Source: Chara braunii (taxonomy: Eukaryota; Plantae; Charophyceae). From it: DNA of 64,000 nucleotides. The stretch is taken from the NCBI GenBank assembly GCA_003427395.1, contig BFEA01000035.1, positions 976,003 to 1,040,002 on the forward strand, given 5' to 3'. A program made the translations under genes and the position numbers. Shown piece after piece: positions 13,241 to 27,388 of this stretch. The stretch's first letter is position 1. Each line of letters starts with the position of its first letter. A model generated the notes under the pieces. It made no database searches, was not told where the DNA came from, and saw nothing but the letters and a program-made list of their open reading frames with translations.

Positions 13241-14822
13241 GCAACCTCCCACAAACAGACTTCTGTTATAATCCTTCTACATTTATAAAACTCATTTGCG
13301 AGAAAATGCAAGACTTGCTAAGCTCAAAAGAAGTGGAGAGAGGAAGAGAGGAATAGAATGAAACCAACGTCTTACCCCTCACTTCTTGTCCATCTCTTCA
13401 CCTTCTCCTTTGCTACAATGCCAATAACTAATTACATAAACAACAAATGAACTGAAAGAACGAAAATCGTGTCCGAGTACTCCCCCTTGCTGTCAGCACT
13501 CAAAGAGCCCTCATTTCCGCCATAACCTCACTTCCCTTATCTCCGTTGCATCTACCACCATGGCGGACCATCCAAGTTCATCACATAGCGGACCATCCAT
13601 TTTCATCACATGTTCAAAGGGCAAGCCAATCATTATTATGCCTCTCCCATCCCATCCTGCCATAGCAACACTCTCGGATGAAGTCCAAGACCAGCAGGTA
13701 TGTCACACTTGGGCCTTCTAGTGGCAGCCCCAGCCAAACAAGTGAAGATGAAGATCGGCCATCGCCAATGGTGAGTCTCTCATGTCCATCCTCTCTCCCC
13801 CCCCTTCTCATCTACATTGCCAATGGCGAGTCTCTCATGCCGGTCCTCTGTCTCTCCCCTTTTCATCTTCTACACCCTTCTCTTACCCTTCTCCATAGCC
13901 TCGCAGGAGGCGCATAGCCTAGGCCTGTTCCTACTACCGTTTCTCCCTAGCCATGGAGCAGGCCTGGATAAGCCTTCTTCCTCACCAGCTCCACCACTCA
14001 GCAGGAGCTCCGCCTACCTTCACCCTCTGGGCGGAGCAGCCGCATGACTGCCAGGTAAACTACCGCTTCATGCAATGTGCTTGCATGATACACTATTGCC
14101 ACTTGGTCTCCGGCTTCAGTTAGCCCACCGTACCACTGCCTCTCCAGTGTGCTAGGCCTACTGCAGGTCCTACCTTCTTCCTCGCCCTCCACCTCCACCA
14201 CTCGGCAGGAGCTCTGCCTACGTTCACCAACTGCGGGGAGCAGCAGCATGACAGCCAGGTAAGATACTGCTTCACTCAATATGCCTGAATGATATACTCT
14301 GCCACTCGGCATCCGGCTTCACTTAGGCCTTGGTACCACTGCCTCTCCAGTGTGTAAGGCCTATGAGAGGATCCTGCCTTTCGGCCGGAATATCATTGCA
14401 GTCTGCAATTCCACTTCAGGGCCTGTGTCTACCCTACCCGATACCTAGGTATGGTCCCTGACTACTCATGGCATTTTTGGACACTAATGGGTTCCTCTAA
14501 GCCTACTGGACCTCTGCTGGCCTATCCAAGTTGCTGGAAAATCCCTATTGGTTACTAGCCAAATTTTATGTATACCTCTGTCTGTGCTGGCCTTTCTAGA
14601 AGTCCTTCCAAAATCCAATTTCAGTCCTGTCCCTGTGGTCTGCATACTTTTTAACTACCCCTTCCAGCTCAGAAAACACAGAACAACCATCCAGTTAGTG
14701 CTGCTCCACATGGCAACCATCACATAGGGACTTCAACATGCAAGCAAACAGCAAGACATGGAGTCTGGTAGCAGTCCTTACGTATACAAACACCTCCAGA
14801 TTCGGAAGCAACATCTAGTCCC

Positions 14823-14908
<86 letters not shown>

Positions 14909-15245
14909 NNNNNNNNNNNNNNNNNNNNNNNNNNNNNNNNNNNNNNNNNNNNNNNNNNNNNNNNNNNNNNNNNNNNNNNNNNNNNNNNNNNNNNNNNNNN
15001 NNNNNNNNNNNNNNNNNNNNNNNNNNNNNNNNNNNNNNNNNNNNNNNNNNNNNNNNNNNNNNNNNNNNNNNNNNNNNNNNNNNNNNNNNNNNNNNNNNNN
15101 NNNNNNNNNNNNNNNNNNNNNNNNNNNNNNNNNNNNNNNNNNNNNNNNNNNNNNNNNNNNNNNNNNNNNNNNNNNNNNNNNNNNNNNNNNNNNNNNNNNN
15201 NNNNNNNNNNNNNNNNNNNNNNNNNNNNNNNNNNNNNNNNNNNNN

Positions 15246-15300
<55 letters not shown>

Positions 15301-15306
<6 letters not shown>

Positions 15307-15878
15307 ACCTGGATCGTCACCCTGGATACACCCATTCAGGTAGCTAACACCTTGGCGGCTATGGCCGCCGTCCTCCTAATCTACCTCTAGCCTAGCTATG
15401 GAGTATCTCACAAGTGCCCTCTTCTTCTTCAGGCGCACAGTGCCCAAGTTGCCTTCACGCACAAGCGGCAGCAGTGCTGTCGCATCTCGCAACTGAACAA
15501 GTGCCAAGCCGCTGCACTGTAGCAGCGAGATATAGGACTAGACTTCTCTTAGCTTTGCTTGGCTTGGTCTGCTTCAGACCGGTACCGGTCTGGCGCGGCC
15601 TGTCTGCTGCAAACATTTTGTAGGTTCAGTAGCTTCTGGACTTTCCTAGGACACGCTGCAAAATTGGACTTGGGACTGTTGGACTGGACTGGACGCTTCT
15701 GGACTTTTCTTGTCGGGTACCCGACGGACTCCTACCAACCTGCGACGCTTCGGTACAGACACCTACAGCCCTACGACACTTCGGCCTCTAGACCCTACGG
15801 CCTACCCTATGGGATGACCCTGTGACTTGGTCGGGACCCTGGGACCAGGACTGGATGTCTGCAGCATGAATCCTTTCA
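15301..15878 (-). mobile_element. LTR (left end lost in gap)
   Basis: Near copy of 16975-17549; ends tttca and is followed by a PPT-like ctcccacc. Confidence 0.75.
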
Positions 15879-16717
15879 CTCCCACCAGCCTACTTTTGAG
15901 ATCCTCCGAGAAAAATTCTCAACTCCATCAATCGTACACATTCACTCCCCGTCTAGCCCTCTCATAATAGGAGACGATGTGAGCGGCAATCTGTATCGGT
16001 TCTCTCTTGGGGGACCAGCGGTCCTCGATGATAGGTGAATCTGACCTTGTACTGTCTTTGTGGTCTCCCTCGGCGACCTATACGGATGTTCTTCTTGACC
16101 TGCTGTAGATCCTTCTCGTATTGGATGGCAAACTCCCTTATACTGTGCGGAAGTCTTTGAATCTGATCTGGATTCAAGCAGTCAATCAGACGTCGGGTTT
16201 GCCAACCTCTGTGCAGTTCATTAGGAGTGTGTGGAGTCCACAAGTGCACCGAGTTGTACGTAGACTGCACTTTGGGAAGATGTCCATCCCAATCGATCTG
16301 GTCAGGCCTAATGTACATGCGTAGCACTTGCTGGAGCAGCTTATTCATCTGCTCAGTCTGGCCATTAGTCTCTGGGTGTCTACCACAAGACATTGTCAGC
16401 TTCGACCCATACACTTCCATCAACTGTTGCCAGAGCTCGCCCGCGAATCTACTCTGTCGCTAACTATCGTCAGCGGGTGTCCGTAGTCTTTCACCCAGTG
16501 ATTGAAGAACTCTCTAATCACTAATTTTGTTTTCGCCTCAGCGGGCAGCGGGATAAAAACAGCAAATTTACTAAAGTGATCTACTAGCACCATCACTAGA
16601 CTCTTCCCGCTTCTGCTCTTGACCTTGGTGTCCATAAAGTCAATGGACAAGGAGTCACCGGGACCGGACGGGACAGGTAGTGGCCTGAACAGGCCAAGTA
16701 AGATTGTGCGGAACTTT
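15879..16717 (-). pseudogene. Gypsy integrase and chromodomain fragment
   Basis: SLSIDFMDT, VLVDHFSKFA, HPETNGQTEQMN, GRPQRQYKVRF. Confidence 0.85.
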
Positions 16718-17549
16718 TGTAGGCAATCCAGTCGTGCTTCATGCCTAATGAACCAAGTACTCGTCAAGTTCAACCTCACATACATCAATGATCATTCACA
16801 TGAGAGTTCACACGTAATCGAGACACAATCCACACAGGAAGTTGTCATCCCCAAAATTATTATCAATATACAAGTGTGTTTGTCTCCTCCAGCTCTGTCT
16901 CCCTCTTCTCTCTCTCCCTCTCAGTCTTGCTTCTCTCTCTGACTTAGTTCACTCTGCCTCACTCTCTCTGTCTGTCTAACCTGGATCGTCACCCTGGATA
17001 CACCCACTCAGGTAGCTCCCACATTGGTGGCTATGGCCGCCGTCCTCCTGCTCTACCTCTAGCCTAGCTATGGAGTATCTCACAAGCGCCCTCTTCTTCT
17101 TCAGGCGCACAGTCCCCAAGTTGCCTTCCGCACAAGCAGCAGCAGTAATTCCGCATCTTGCAACTGAACGAGTGTCGAGCCGCTGCACTGTAGCAGCTAA
17201 ATATAGGACTAGGCTTCGCTTAGCTTGGCTTGGCTTGGCCTGCTTCAGACTGGTACCAGTCGGCCGCGGCCTGTCTACTGCAAACATTTTGTCCGTCCGG
17301 TTCCTTCCGGACTTTCCTGGGCTATGCTGCAAAATTGGACTTGGGACTGTTGGACTGGACTGGATGCTTCTGGACTTTTCTTGTCGGGTGCCTGATGGAA
17401 TCCTACCGACCTACGAAGCTTTGGTACCGACACCTATTGACCTACGACACTTCGGCCTCTAAACCCTACGACCTACCTTACGGGACGGCCCTAGGACTTG
17501 GTCGGGACCCTGGGACCGGGACTGGGTGTCTGCAGCATGAATTCTTTCA
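16718..17549 (-). mobile_element. Solo LTR inserted in integrase
   Basis: TG...CA termini flanked by 4-bp direct repeat cttt (16714-16717 and 17550-17553); same family as 15301-15878. Confidence 0.7.
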
Positions 17550-19666
17550 CTTTGTGCGTGGGTGTGTGGTAGGATGCCCACATGTATGACCACCATGTGA
17601 ATTGAAGATTGGCCACGAATCTGGGTCGTGTGCGAGAGGATGGCTCACATTCATGGCCGATCACCCAAAACTTGACATCAGACACCTGACTGGCCTGTCT
17701 GTGCGTGCGAACGGTGTACATTTACATTCCATGACTCCAATCTTAATTTTCTGTGATCAACCGTGAATCTGCCCCGTTTGCTTGTCGAGAAATCTAAAAT
17801 GGGTGGAGAACTTGTGCGAGCAGGATTTCAGTCCGTAGTCTGCCCTGGGTATGATTACATCAGCAGGATTTAAACCCGTACGCTGCCCCACATATTGCTG
17901 CATTCCAGGTTGTATTCCAAGTTGTTTACTGTGTTTGTTTCTTGCCAGGATGCGAGCCTGGGATACAAATACCCACGGGTCTGGCTCAGTTGGTACACCT
18001 GTGAAGTGTTGAAATACGGACCTGATTTCGAATCCAGAAGACCTGGATGAATGAACTGAACTACCTGGGGCCACTCAGTTCGACAAGTATAAATCAAGGT
18101 TGCCGCCCTTCGAAGGGGGTGAAAACGAACCTGGGATGCAAATACGGTGAGTTTTGAACTGGGACTAGAACTTTCAGGCTTGTACGTTGGCACACCCAAT
18201 AGGTCGTAGGCATGTAGCATGGGTCAGTGCATGCACTTCTAGTTCATTTGTTAAAGTTTTGCAGCTTGGTGAAAGAATATTATTTTTGGTGGTACAAGAT
18301 GGAGTTGGGCACAAGCTTAGCCAGTGAGATCTTGTTGTTCGCCAGATAGTTCCTCACATGTATGTGAGTTTCCACTGGTGTCATCAACGATTTAAATGTT
18401 CAATTCTAGTCTTGTCTGACATTTGCAATGAAGTCTGATCTCATCTCAATCAAGCATGCAAGTGCCTTGTGTGAAGTTTGCAATCAAGATCTGTCTCATG
18501 TCAATCAGCATGCAAGTCTGATGAAGGTGTAGTATCTACGATTCCTGAAAATTGTAACACTTCGCATTGCTCACATTGGATGCTACGTAATTCTTCTTTC
18601 TCATTCTCGATTTAACTTCAAACTGAAGCTTGACTTTGGCGAAGGGAAAAACAGTGCGGATTTTACGCAGGGAAGCCCCTGCTGAGAAGCAAAATCACAG
18701 ACACAGGGCTTAACTGGAGATGATGGCATCCCTTTCCAGAAAGACAACAGAACCACTTCAAGGGGCTATGCTCAACATGGCAAATGTGCTTCCCACTTAA
18801 GGGTAGACATTATGTCCCTGGCATCTAGGGGATCTGGTGATCTCAGCAGCCTGGAGACTCAGAAGTATACAAGAACAAAAAGGTTATCTGGACAGTCAAT
18901 CCAACTTAGCAAGGAGCGTGGGAGTGACCTTTTATGTGATTCCTATGACTCTGCCGGTGGGAAAGGAACGCAACTAAGGCTCCACAGAATGGATATGCAA
19001 CCAGGAACACGAGGATCTGTTATTCAAAAAAAAAAGCGTTCATTACCTTTCAACGCTTTAACTCTGCTCAGTTGTGTCAAAGGAGCAACAAAAGAAACAG
19101 GGCTCAGAGACAGACATTTACAGTTCAAAAGGGGGGAGAGGGAGAGGCATAGAGCATGCGCAATCACCATACGGGCCCTTCTGAACATTGGCCCCCAAAA
19201 TGGGCTTTCATTTCATGGAATTAGAAAAGTATCTGATATCTAACACAATGACTGTCACTCCTTTTTGCCCATACATCACCACATTTACTTATGTCCATAA
19301 ATCGCCACTCATGGGGGTCCCAACCCCCACTAAGTATCAACCCCCAAAGTGGCCTTTCATTTCATGGAATTCAAAAAGCATCATATATTTATCATTTAAC
19401 ACAATGGCTGTCACTACTTTTTGCCCATACATCATCATATCTATTTCTGCCCATAAATCACCACTATGGGCCCCTAGAGTTCTGTGTAATCTAACCCCTT
19501 GTGAGGGCTGGCAGGGCTGAACGACCAATTGTCACTAAAATGGCTACTGCATATTTTCTCACACCCCTCACTATGGCCACCTAGCATTCTGCTTCAGCAG
19601 AACCCTTACCAGACTGGGCTGCCGCGAACAAGCAATTAAACGTCAAAAGATATTCCTTCATGGGTA

Positions 19667-19700
19667 CTAGATGACCCGTTGCAGCTTCGCCCGCAAAAAC
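19667..19700 (-). mobile_element. Helitron-like 3' terminus
   Basis: Minus strand GCGGGCGAAGCTGCAACGGGTCATCTAG|T: GC-rich subterminal motif followed by CTAG and T; related to 53783-53811. Confidence 0.5.
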
Positions 19701-20504
19701 AGAAAACTAAAAAGCACAAAAGAAAGAAAAAGCATAAGGAACTGCCCTATCATATGCCGCTTGTTTCACAAAAACAAAAAGCAGAGCCTGACAGCATACA
19801 GAAATCCGCATGCAAGAAATAGGAGGGAATACCACCGAACTTTTTTGGTTTCTTATCTACGAGTGTTTTGTTTGGGAAGCCGCTGCCTTTGCAACATCGT
19901 TTTTCTTTGGTGCTGTGCAGCATCGTTTTTCTTTGGTGCTGTGCAAGGGTCTGGCAGTGTCACCCCTGATTTGTGGAGTGAATGTCGCACAGGCTCCGAG
20001 GTCTTTCATTGCTGGTGACATTCCCATGGGCGAAAATGTTCAGCTGCTTTTGCGGGGCATCAAAGCGCTGTATTCAGTGGAGCTCCTGGTGCCATGCAAA
20101 CACTCCCTTGATTAACACCTCTTTTTGTTGGTACCAGAGGCTCCAGTGCTTACATCTCAACATGGTAGGACAGTCGGGCCCTCCTTTTCAGATGCTTCTT
20201 GATGAATGGTTTCCTTTGAGTGCCACACATCCTGATGAACGAGTTTTGTTGTCGGGTGCACGGATTGGTTCCCCTTTTCCTGATCACCTTCTTTTCATGA
20301 GATGCAACGTGTGGTCCCCGGACACCGAACCAAATTAACCACACAGAGATGGCCATTCCAGAACTCTTTCTTATCCCTTGTCGGTTTTAGACGGATTTCA
20401 TTTCACATTAGCTGATCTTGCACAACAACACGCAGGTGCGCATAGCGCAAACATGTACACATGGGACCATAGGATGACCACCACAACATTGAAAACTCAC
20501 CCAC

Positions 20505-20636
20505 CTGCTCTAAGTCTGATGCAAGAAACCCTGGTATTCCCAATGCTTCTGTGGCTGCTAAGAAGTTTCGGATATTCTCGAAGGACTGGAACACTGCATG
20601 GGTGCTATCCATTGGGCTGGCCGGATCTTGGATTAT
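20505..20636 (-). CDS. Internal exon encoding part of a calponin-homology domain; probable KCH-type kinesin-14
   Basis: Canonical tgtgccag| acceptor and |gtgggtgag donor; 132 bp, phase 0/0. Translates IIQDPASPMDSTHAVFQSFENIRNFLAATEALGIPGFLASDLEQ, matching the plant KCH CH-domain motif Q.FEN[IV]RNFL.A...G.P.F.ASDLE. Confidence 0.85.
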
Positions 20637-21107
20637 CTGGCACAGACACAGGTCAAGAAAAAGAGCACAAGACAACGTTAAACCGCCAGTACCTTTCCCT
20701 GCCTTTTTTTTCAACCTCCGAGCATGCCGGAAGGTGCCCCCACAAGGTCGGCACAGCTTCGGGCTGGAGTCAATTCTGTTATCTGGCAGTTCACAACAAA
20801 AAAAAAGAAAAAAAAAAAGAAAGAAAGAAAAGCAATAAAGAATGCTGCAGCTATTGAAACGTCTGCTCCCCGTTATTTGCAAAAACAAAAAAGAAAAAGA
20901 AGAAAAAAAAGCAATAAAGAATGGCTACCAGTGTCCCGCTGTCACTGATGGCCTGTCACAAAAAAATGGGTTCACTTCAATCTACTATGGGCCTCACTCC
21001 ACTACTCACGAAATTTGCAATGGAAAGATACACCGCCATATTTTTGGCTTTTGTGCATGTTGTGAGTCCACTATTCACGACATGCACAAAAGGCAAAAAT
21101 ATGGTGA

Positions 21108-21342
21108 TGTATCTTTCCATTTTCCAGCATAAGATTCATTCTCATTTTGCAAATTTCGCAAGTAGTGGACTGAGGCCCACAGTAGACTGCAGCGCCTGCA
21201 TATTCGCACCTGACAGTGTCCCATTGTTACTGACAGCCTGTATGCGCATATGCAGGCGCTGGAAGCTACTATGGACCTCACACCACTACACACCAAATTT
21301 GCAAAACGAGAATGAATCTTACGCTGGAAGATGGAAAGATAC
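21108..21342. repeat. Long inverted repeat (~100-bp arms)
   Basis: tgtatctttccattttccagcataagattcattctcattttgcaaat... pairs with ...atttgcaaaacgagaatgaatcttacgctggaagatggaaagataca. Confidence 0.85.
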
Positions 21343-22391
21343 ACTGTCGTGCCATTTGCCGTATGTGCATGTCGTGAGTCCGCTATTCACAACATACACA
21401 AAAGGCAAGAATATGACGGTGCATCTGCAAGGAAAATGAGCGATAGCGAACTTCAGAAACCAAGCAGCATCATACACATGTGACCAGATAGTCGTGACCT
21501 CGAACCAAAAGCAGAATTGCAACACGACACAGCAAAAGATCGTAAGTGAGAATGTTGTGATAGTCTCATCATCATCAACAAAGAACCAATGTCGCACATC
21601 CTATCTGCCGCTCTGCACCCAGACTACAAATGGAAGATCCTATCTACCCTATCTACAATGCAGCTGGTAACGTCAACAGCTCCCCGAAGTACGAGCAGAT
21701 CTCGGCCAATGTCGTTCACCTCAAGCACCAGGTATGTCTCTCGTATCACTCACAACCTCGATCCCCCACTCACAGATGCCACGTGCACCCAAGGACCACC
21801 ATCCGCCCCATCCAGCATACAGCAGCGCAGCTCGGCTATGGCTGCCTCCTCCCCCAGCTCGCCCGTGAGCGCGTGAGCGCTAGCCAGCGTCTAGCGCAGC
21901 AGCGGTTGCGCAGCATGCAGCCAGTGCCCGAATGAGGAGTCCTGGGGCAGGCACGTTCCTAAATGGAAGTGACCTGCCTGCTGCGTGCGGCCTGCCTGCC
22001 TTGGGTCTCCGTCCAGAAGCTTCCGGTAGGCCCCGTGAGGCTGAGCCCCAGTCCGAACAAATCAGGCCCAGGGCCTGTGGTGGTTACCCGTGCCCAACTG
22101 CCTGCAGCCTGTGTTCGGCCCATGTGGTGTATCTGGCCCAGGGCCTGCTTCAGTTACATACGAAAAAGGAAGCCCGGGCCTGGGTGCTCCCAACCAACTG
22201 ACGCTGCGCAGCTGCCTGAATTTCCCCAGTTGCGTGGTGACCCCAAAGATGGGCCTGTTGGTTGGCCTTGGTCGAGCCTGCCTTCACTTAGGGCGGCCGA
22301 CTGTACTGAAAATAGGGCCCAATAGGGCGTATCGAGGCCTTGTACCTCGCATTCCCTCCTCCATACTTCGACAGTCCTCTGAGGAGTCCCA

Positions 22392-25300
22392 TTACTCAAT
22401 CTGGCGCTTTCCTTTCTGCAGTGACTTCTCGTAGTGAGCGACAGCCTGTGGCGCGGTCTGCATTATTTCCTCCCTGGTAAACCATCTGTCCTCCTTAGGA
22501 TCAGTGTGATGTTTGAACCAAACGCGATACTGCAGCTTCGGCTTAGGAGGACGTCCCCTGCCTGTTGGACTTGGGACTGGCATTTCCCTGTGGTCCACGA
22601 TGTCATCCATGTCGACCTCTCCATCCATGGTTGGGGGCATTGAGCGACGAGAGGGAAACTGGTCAGTTTCCTTGAAAGGTGCAAGTTTGGAGGCGTGAAA
22701 GACAGGGTAAATGCAAAGATGACCAGGGATCCGGATTACATAAGATGGCCCATCCAGATCTCCCCCAACAACATCCATAACCTCCCACGGTCCGAAGTAC
22801 TGTGGAATGAGCTTGCGGAATATCCCGTGCTCCTGTCCCAGTTCTGAGGACTTCACACAGACTCTGTCCCCTACCTGAAATATGGATGGGCAGCGGTGTT
22901 TGTTTTCAGACTCTATCATTGCCGCCTGTGCCTTATGCATCTGTTCTACTGCCTGCTGCATATTCACGTGTGCCCGGTGCAGCAGTTGTCAGGTTGTCAG
23001 GTAGTAGAAAGTCTAGGGGCATCTACGCTTGAAAGTCAGTAGCAGACTGTTAGGGCTTACCCCCGTGGCACTGTGCACAGCGTTGTTGTACAGGCTGGCA
23101 ATGAGAGCAAGTTTCTCATCCCAGTCCACCTGATTGGGCTTAATGTAGTGCCGCAACAGGTGTTGTACAGCGCAGTTCAGCTTCTCTGCTTGGCCATTTG
23201 CCTCTGGGTGGTTCCCGGAAGTCATCTGCAGCTGCGTTCCCTGTTCTGCAGCTGCAGCCTTCCACAACACACTGGTGAATCTAACATCCCTGTCACTCAC
23301 AATAGACTTTGGAAGTCCAAAGTCTCTGACCTAGTTCTCTTTGAACAGCTTGATCACATACTCGGTCTTAGCTGTAGCAGGCATTGCAACTAATCTAGCG
23401 AACTTACTTAACCTACCACAATGACATAGATATATCTCATTCCACTCTTGCTGGTGACCAACGTGTCCATGAAATCCATAGACAAGCTCTCACCGGGCAT
23501 TTCCGGAATCGGAAGGGGCTTGAGAAGCCCAAGAGGGGCCTGGGTACGTGGCTTGTCTCTCTGACACACCTGACAAGTCTCCACGTACAACTTCGCATCT
23601 TTCATCATTGAGGGACCAAAATCGCTGCAGCAGGTTTGCTGCAGTCTTTATATACCCAAAATGTCTGGTGGCATCATGACATTCGCCTAAAAATAAACTA
23701 CACAAAGACTCACTATTTGGAACACACAAGCATTTATTCCCAGCCTTTTCAAGGAACAGCAGGCCGTTGACCAGCATAAACTCGTCAGCAATTGCTTTGT
23801 TTTTTGCCTCGAGTCTGCGTATGATCTCGGCCATAAACGGATCCTCGCGATAGGCTTCCACCAAAGACTGAGTAACATCGTCCGCAAGCCCAAATTCGGT
23901 GACCAGCGCACCCAGGAAGTCTGGCCTACGCGACAACGCATCAGCAACCTTGTTGTACTCCCCCTTGATGTACTGGGGCTCAAAATCATATTGCTCTATG
24001 ACTTCGATCCATCGCTTCAAAGCATCGGAGAGTACCGGTTGAGTCTTCATCCACCTCAGGGTTTGGTGATCAGTCCTGACGTAGAAGCGACCAAGCAGGT
24101 AGTGCCTCCAGTGAGTCAATGCTTTGTAAATCGCATAGAGTTCCTTCTCATACATGGACTTCGCCAGCTTTTGAGAGGGCATCTGTTTGGACATGTACTC
24201 TACCGGCCTTAACTTTTTCCCCTCTTGCTGTGCAAGTACGGCACCAATGCCATATTGGCTGCCATTTGTGGTTACAACAAACGGCTTATCAGGATCGGGC
24301 AGTTTCAAGACCTCATGGTGAGTGAGGGAGTGCTTCAGATATCTGAACGCAGCCTCACACCTGTCTGTCCACTCCCATGGGGTGTCAAGGCGTGTCAGAT
24401 CCGTCAAAGGGGCGGCCATTATGCTATAGTTCTTGACAAAATTGTGATAGTATTCGGTCATCCCTAAGAAGGACCTCATCTCAGTCATAGACTGAGGACG
24501 CGGCCTGTCACGAATGCTGGCCACCTTCGCGTCATCGGGCTTCAATCCTTTCGCGAAAGTTTCATGACCCAGATACAAGATCCAGGTGCGGCCAAACTCG
24601 CATTTCTTCCGTTGATCTTGAACTGGTGTTGTCGAAGGAGGCTTAGGACTTTGTCTAAGTGATCAGCGTGCTCCTCGACAGTCCTACTGAAGACAAGTAT
24701 GTCATCAAGGTACACGATGACAAACTTGTCCAAGTAGTCATGAAAAATCCGGCTCATGGCGTACTGAAAGGTGCCAAGAGCATCGCAAAGGCCGAAAGGC
24801 ATCACAACAAACTCGTACAGACCGTACCTGGTCTGAAACACGGTTTTGTTGCTCCTCCGGCAGTATTGCAATCTGATGGTACCCGAACTTCAGATCTATC
24901 TTACTAAGTACCGACACCCTTCCACTCGGTCCAACAAGTCATTGATGCGCGGTAGGGGCTCTGCGTTTTGTACAGTCATGGCATTGAGCCCCTACAATCA
25001 AATGCACATCCTCAAGGTTCCCCCCTTCTTCGATACAAATAAGGCTGGCGATCCGTAAGGGGAGATGCTAGGCCGGATCCAACCCTTCTCTATGAGTTCC
25101 TTGAGCTGTCGACGAAGCTCATCAAGCTCCGCTGGAGACATCCGATAGATCCTACCCTTCGGTATGCTAGACCCTGGGATAATCTCTATCGAGTCGACGA
25201 CCTCCCTCTCAACGACCCCTTTCGGCTCTTCGAATAGATCAGGGCATTTAGCGACTACTCCCTCTATCTCCGACGGCATTTTCACCGCCTCGCCTGCTGC

Positions 25301-25903
25301 AAAGACATAGACTAAGTACATACCCTCCTTCGGATTTTGCTTATAGTAATTATAGAACGCGGACGCACACATGCATCCGTAGGACTCGATCAGACTACTA
25401 GCCTTAAACTTATGTAATCTGGCGGTCCCCCCTCCGCGCAAAGTGTGTTTGACCACTTTTCGGTCCCAGTCAAACTGTGGCTGTGCAACCGAGAGGTAGT
25501 ACATACCTAACAAAATATCTATAGGGTGATCATTGCTGACTAGGAACGAGACTCGATGTCTCAGTTCCCCTCCCGCGTACGGGAAAAGACACTCAAGGTC
25601 TTTAAGGTTGTCATTAACTACCATGTGCTGTTTGTTGGCACAGGTCGACTCCGCAGGTCGACTCAGGCGCTGCACTTGCCCCTGTAAGCGCAACCTTTCA
25701 ACACACGCGTGACTAATGAAATTCGGCGTGGAGCAAGTGTCATAATAGGGCACGACCTTGCGGTCGCCGGTGACTTCCTTGCCGACGAACAACTCACCCT
25801 TAGGGGCTTTGGCCATGGCCGTCCAAAAAGCTAGCGGGTCCGATCTAGACCACTCACATGCTCCTCTAAGGACTGAAACACATTCAGCGAACAGAGGATC
25901 CAA
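22392..25903 (-). pseudogene. pol polyprotein (protease, RT, RNase H, integrase, chromodomain), frameshifted
   Basis: [81 protein letters not shown]...DRW. Confidence 0.95.
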
Positions 25904-27312
25904 ATGTGTTCCCGAGACGACTACGAAGTCAGTAGCTCGGGCCGTCTCTCAAGATGGTGAGGGCGTATCCACCACCTCGACCCTAGCAGGAACAGCTACT
26001 ATTCCTACTGGCCCGACTTGTATCCCGAAGCAGTTCCAGAACTACTGGCAACATTGCTACCTACGAGAGCGGAGGATCCCAACGCCTGCCCCATTGTAGG
26101 CGGAATCTTCTCGATCACCTTCTTATTTCGACGCTTGAACTGATTATGGCCATATTGGCCACAACGGATGCAAGCCTGCCGAGTGTACCGATCCCTCCAC
26201 ACGTCCTCAGTAAGACCCGCTTTCTCTCATGGAGGAGCATTGGGGTCAACTCGACTCCTAGACCGGGAGCCTCCACGGCGTCTACCGGCCTTGCCTTTTT
26301 GTACTGAGCCAACGACTACTCCACCCTCGGAAGCCTCTACGCTGCCCGCCTCTGTACGTATTCCCTCCTGGAAGTCGTCGTCTAATTCGATGGTAGAACC
26401 ATCGTTGTCGACGAACTTGATGTGACCCTTCACCTTCCAGTTGGGAGGCAGTGCTTTCTTCCTACCATCCATCGTGGGTTGGTGCCCATGCCCTATCTTT
26501 GCATCTAGGTCTAGGGCCTTCTTGCTAAACGAGGGGAAGTTGTGTACATTGATGTTTGCCTCGCCAGCCAACTGATTCCTGAGTGGCATAGGGAGACATC
26601 TCAGGTACGTGGTTAGCAAGACCTGGGGTCATAGCGCTCTCCAGGTACACAGATCAGACGCTGTACAACATGTGGCATCCCTCGATGACTTGAACGGTCT
26701 ATTGCTCAAAGTCAGGATCGCGTCAGTGGCCTTTTGGGCCTCCTAAGGATCATGCCACCTCTCTTCCACCAGCTTCAGTAAGTCTTCCAGTTTCTGGTTG
26801 ACTGCCCAAGCGCCGAAGTCATGTCCGTATCCCTGCAGTTGTACTAACCCGCTTAACCATCGTGTTGCACTCCCCTCCAGATACAAGGCAGCCACAAGCA
26901 CTTCCTCGTGTGGCAAGGTTAACTTGCACTTAACATAGACCGGCACTGACCTCAACCATGTGTCAAGGTCTTCGCACCTCTTATCCCCTGAGAAGGGTTT
27001 AGGTGAGGCAATGGTCGTCTTTGGTACCCACTGGCCTTGTCCCGGTACCTCTCCCACTCCGGGTTGTGGACCCTGGGGCGCAGGCTGCTGCACTAACTGT
27101 TGGTGGGGTTGTGTGCCCACCAATCGTGCTGGCTGTGTGCCCACCAGTTGTGCTGGTTGTGATACAGCAAGCTGCCCAGTTACGACAATCTGCAACGGAG
27201 GTTAGGAATACACTGTCTGTACAGGAACCTGTACACTAGGACCTCCTGAGAACCCTCCTGTTACAGGTATACCTAGGGAAACGGCTTGCCCCGATGCTGA
27301 AGAGACATACGG

Positions 27313-27380
27313 TAACGGGACTTGAACCCGTGTTTTCAAATTCACAATATGACACTTTGACCTATTAAGTTATATTCGTC
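27313..27380 (-). tRNA. trnH: tRNA-His(GUG) pseudogene, 3'-truncated, organelle/bacterial type
   Basis: GACGAATATAACTTAATAGGTCAAAGTGTCATATTGTGAATTTGAAAACACGGGTTCAAGTCCCGTTA: D arm, anticodon loop TT-GTG-AA (27343-27345), perfect T stem ACGGG/CCCGT, apparent encoded G-1. Confidence 0.85.
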
Positions 27381-27388
27381 GTGGTCCC

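Larger units (their letters stand above)
3477..20504 (-). other. 17-kb GT-AG intron within the CH domain, filled with TEs
   Basis: Phase-0 junction ASDLEQ|ESPLVSG reconstitutes a continuous CH domain; length includes N-gaps. Confidence 0.75.
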
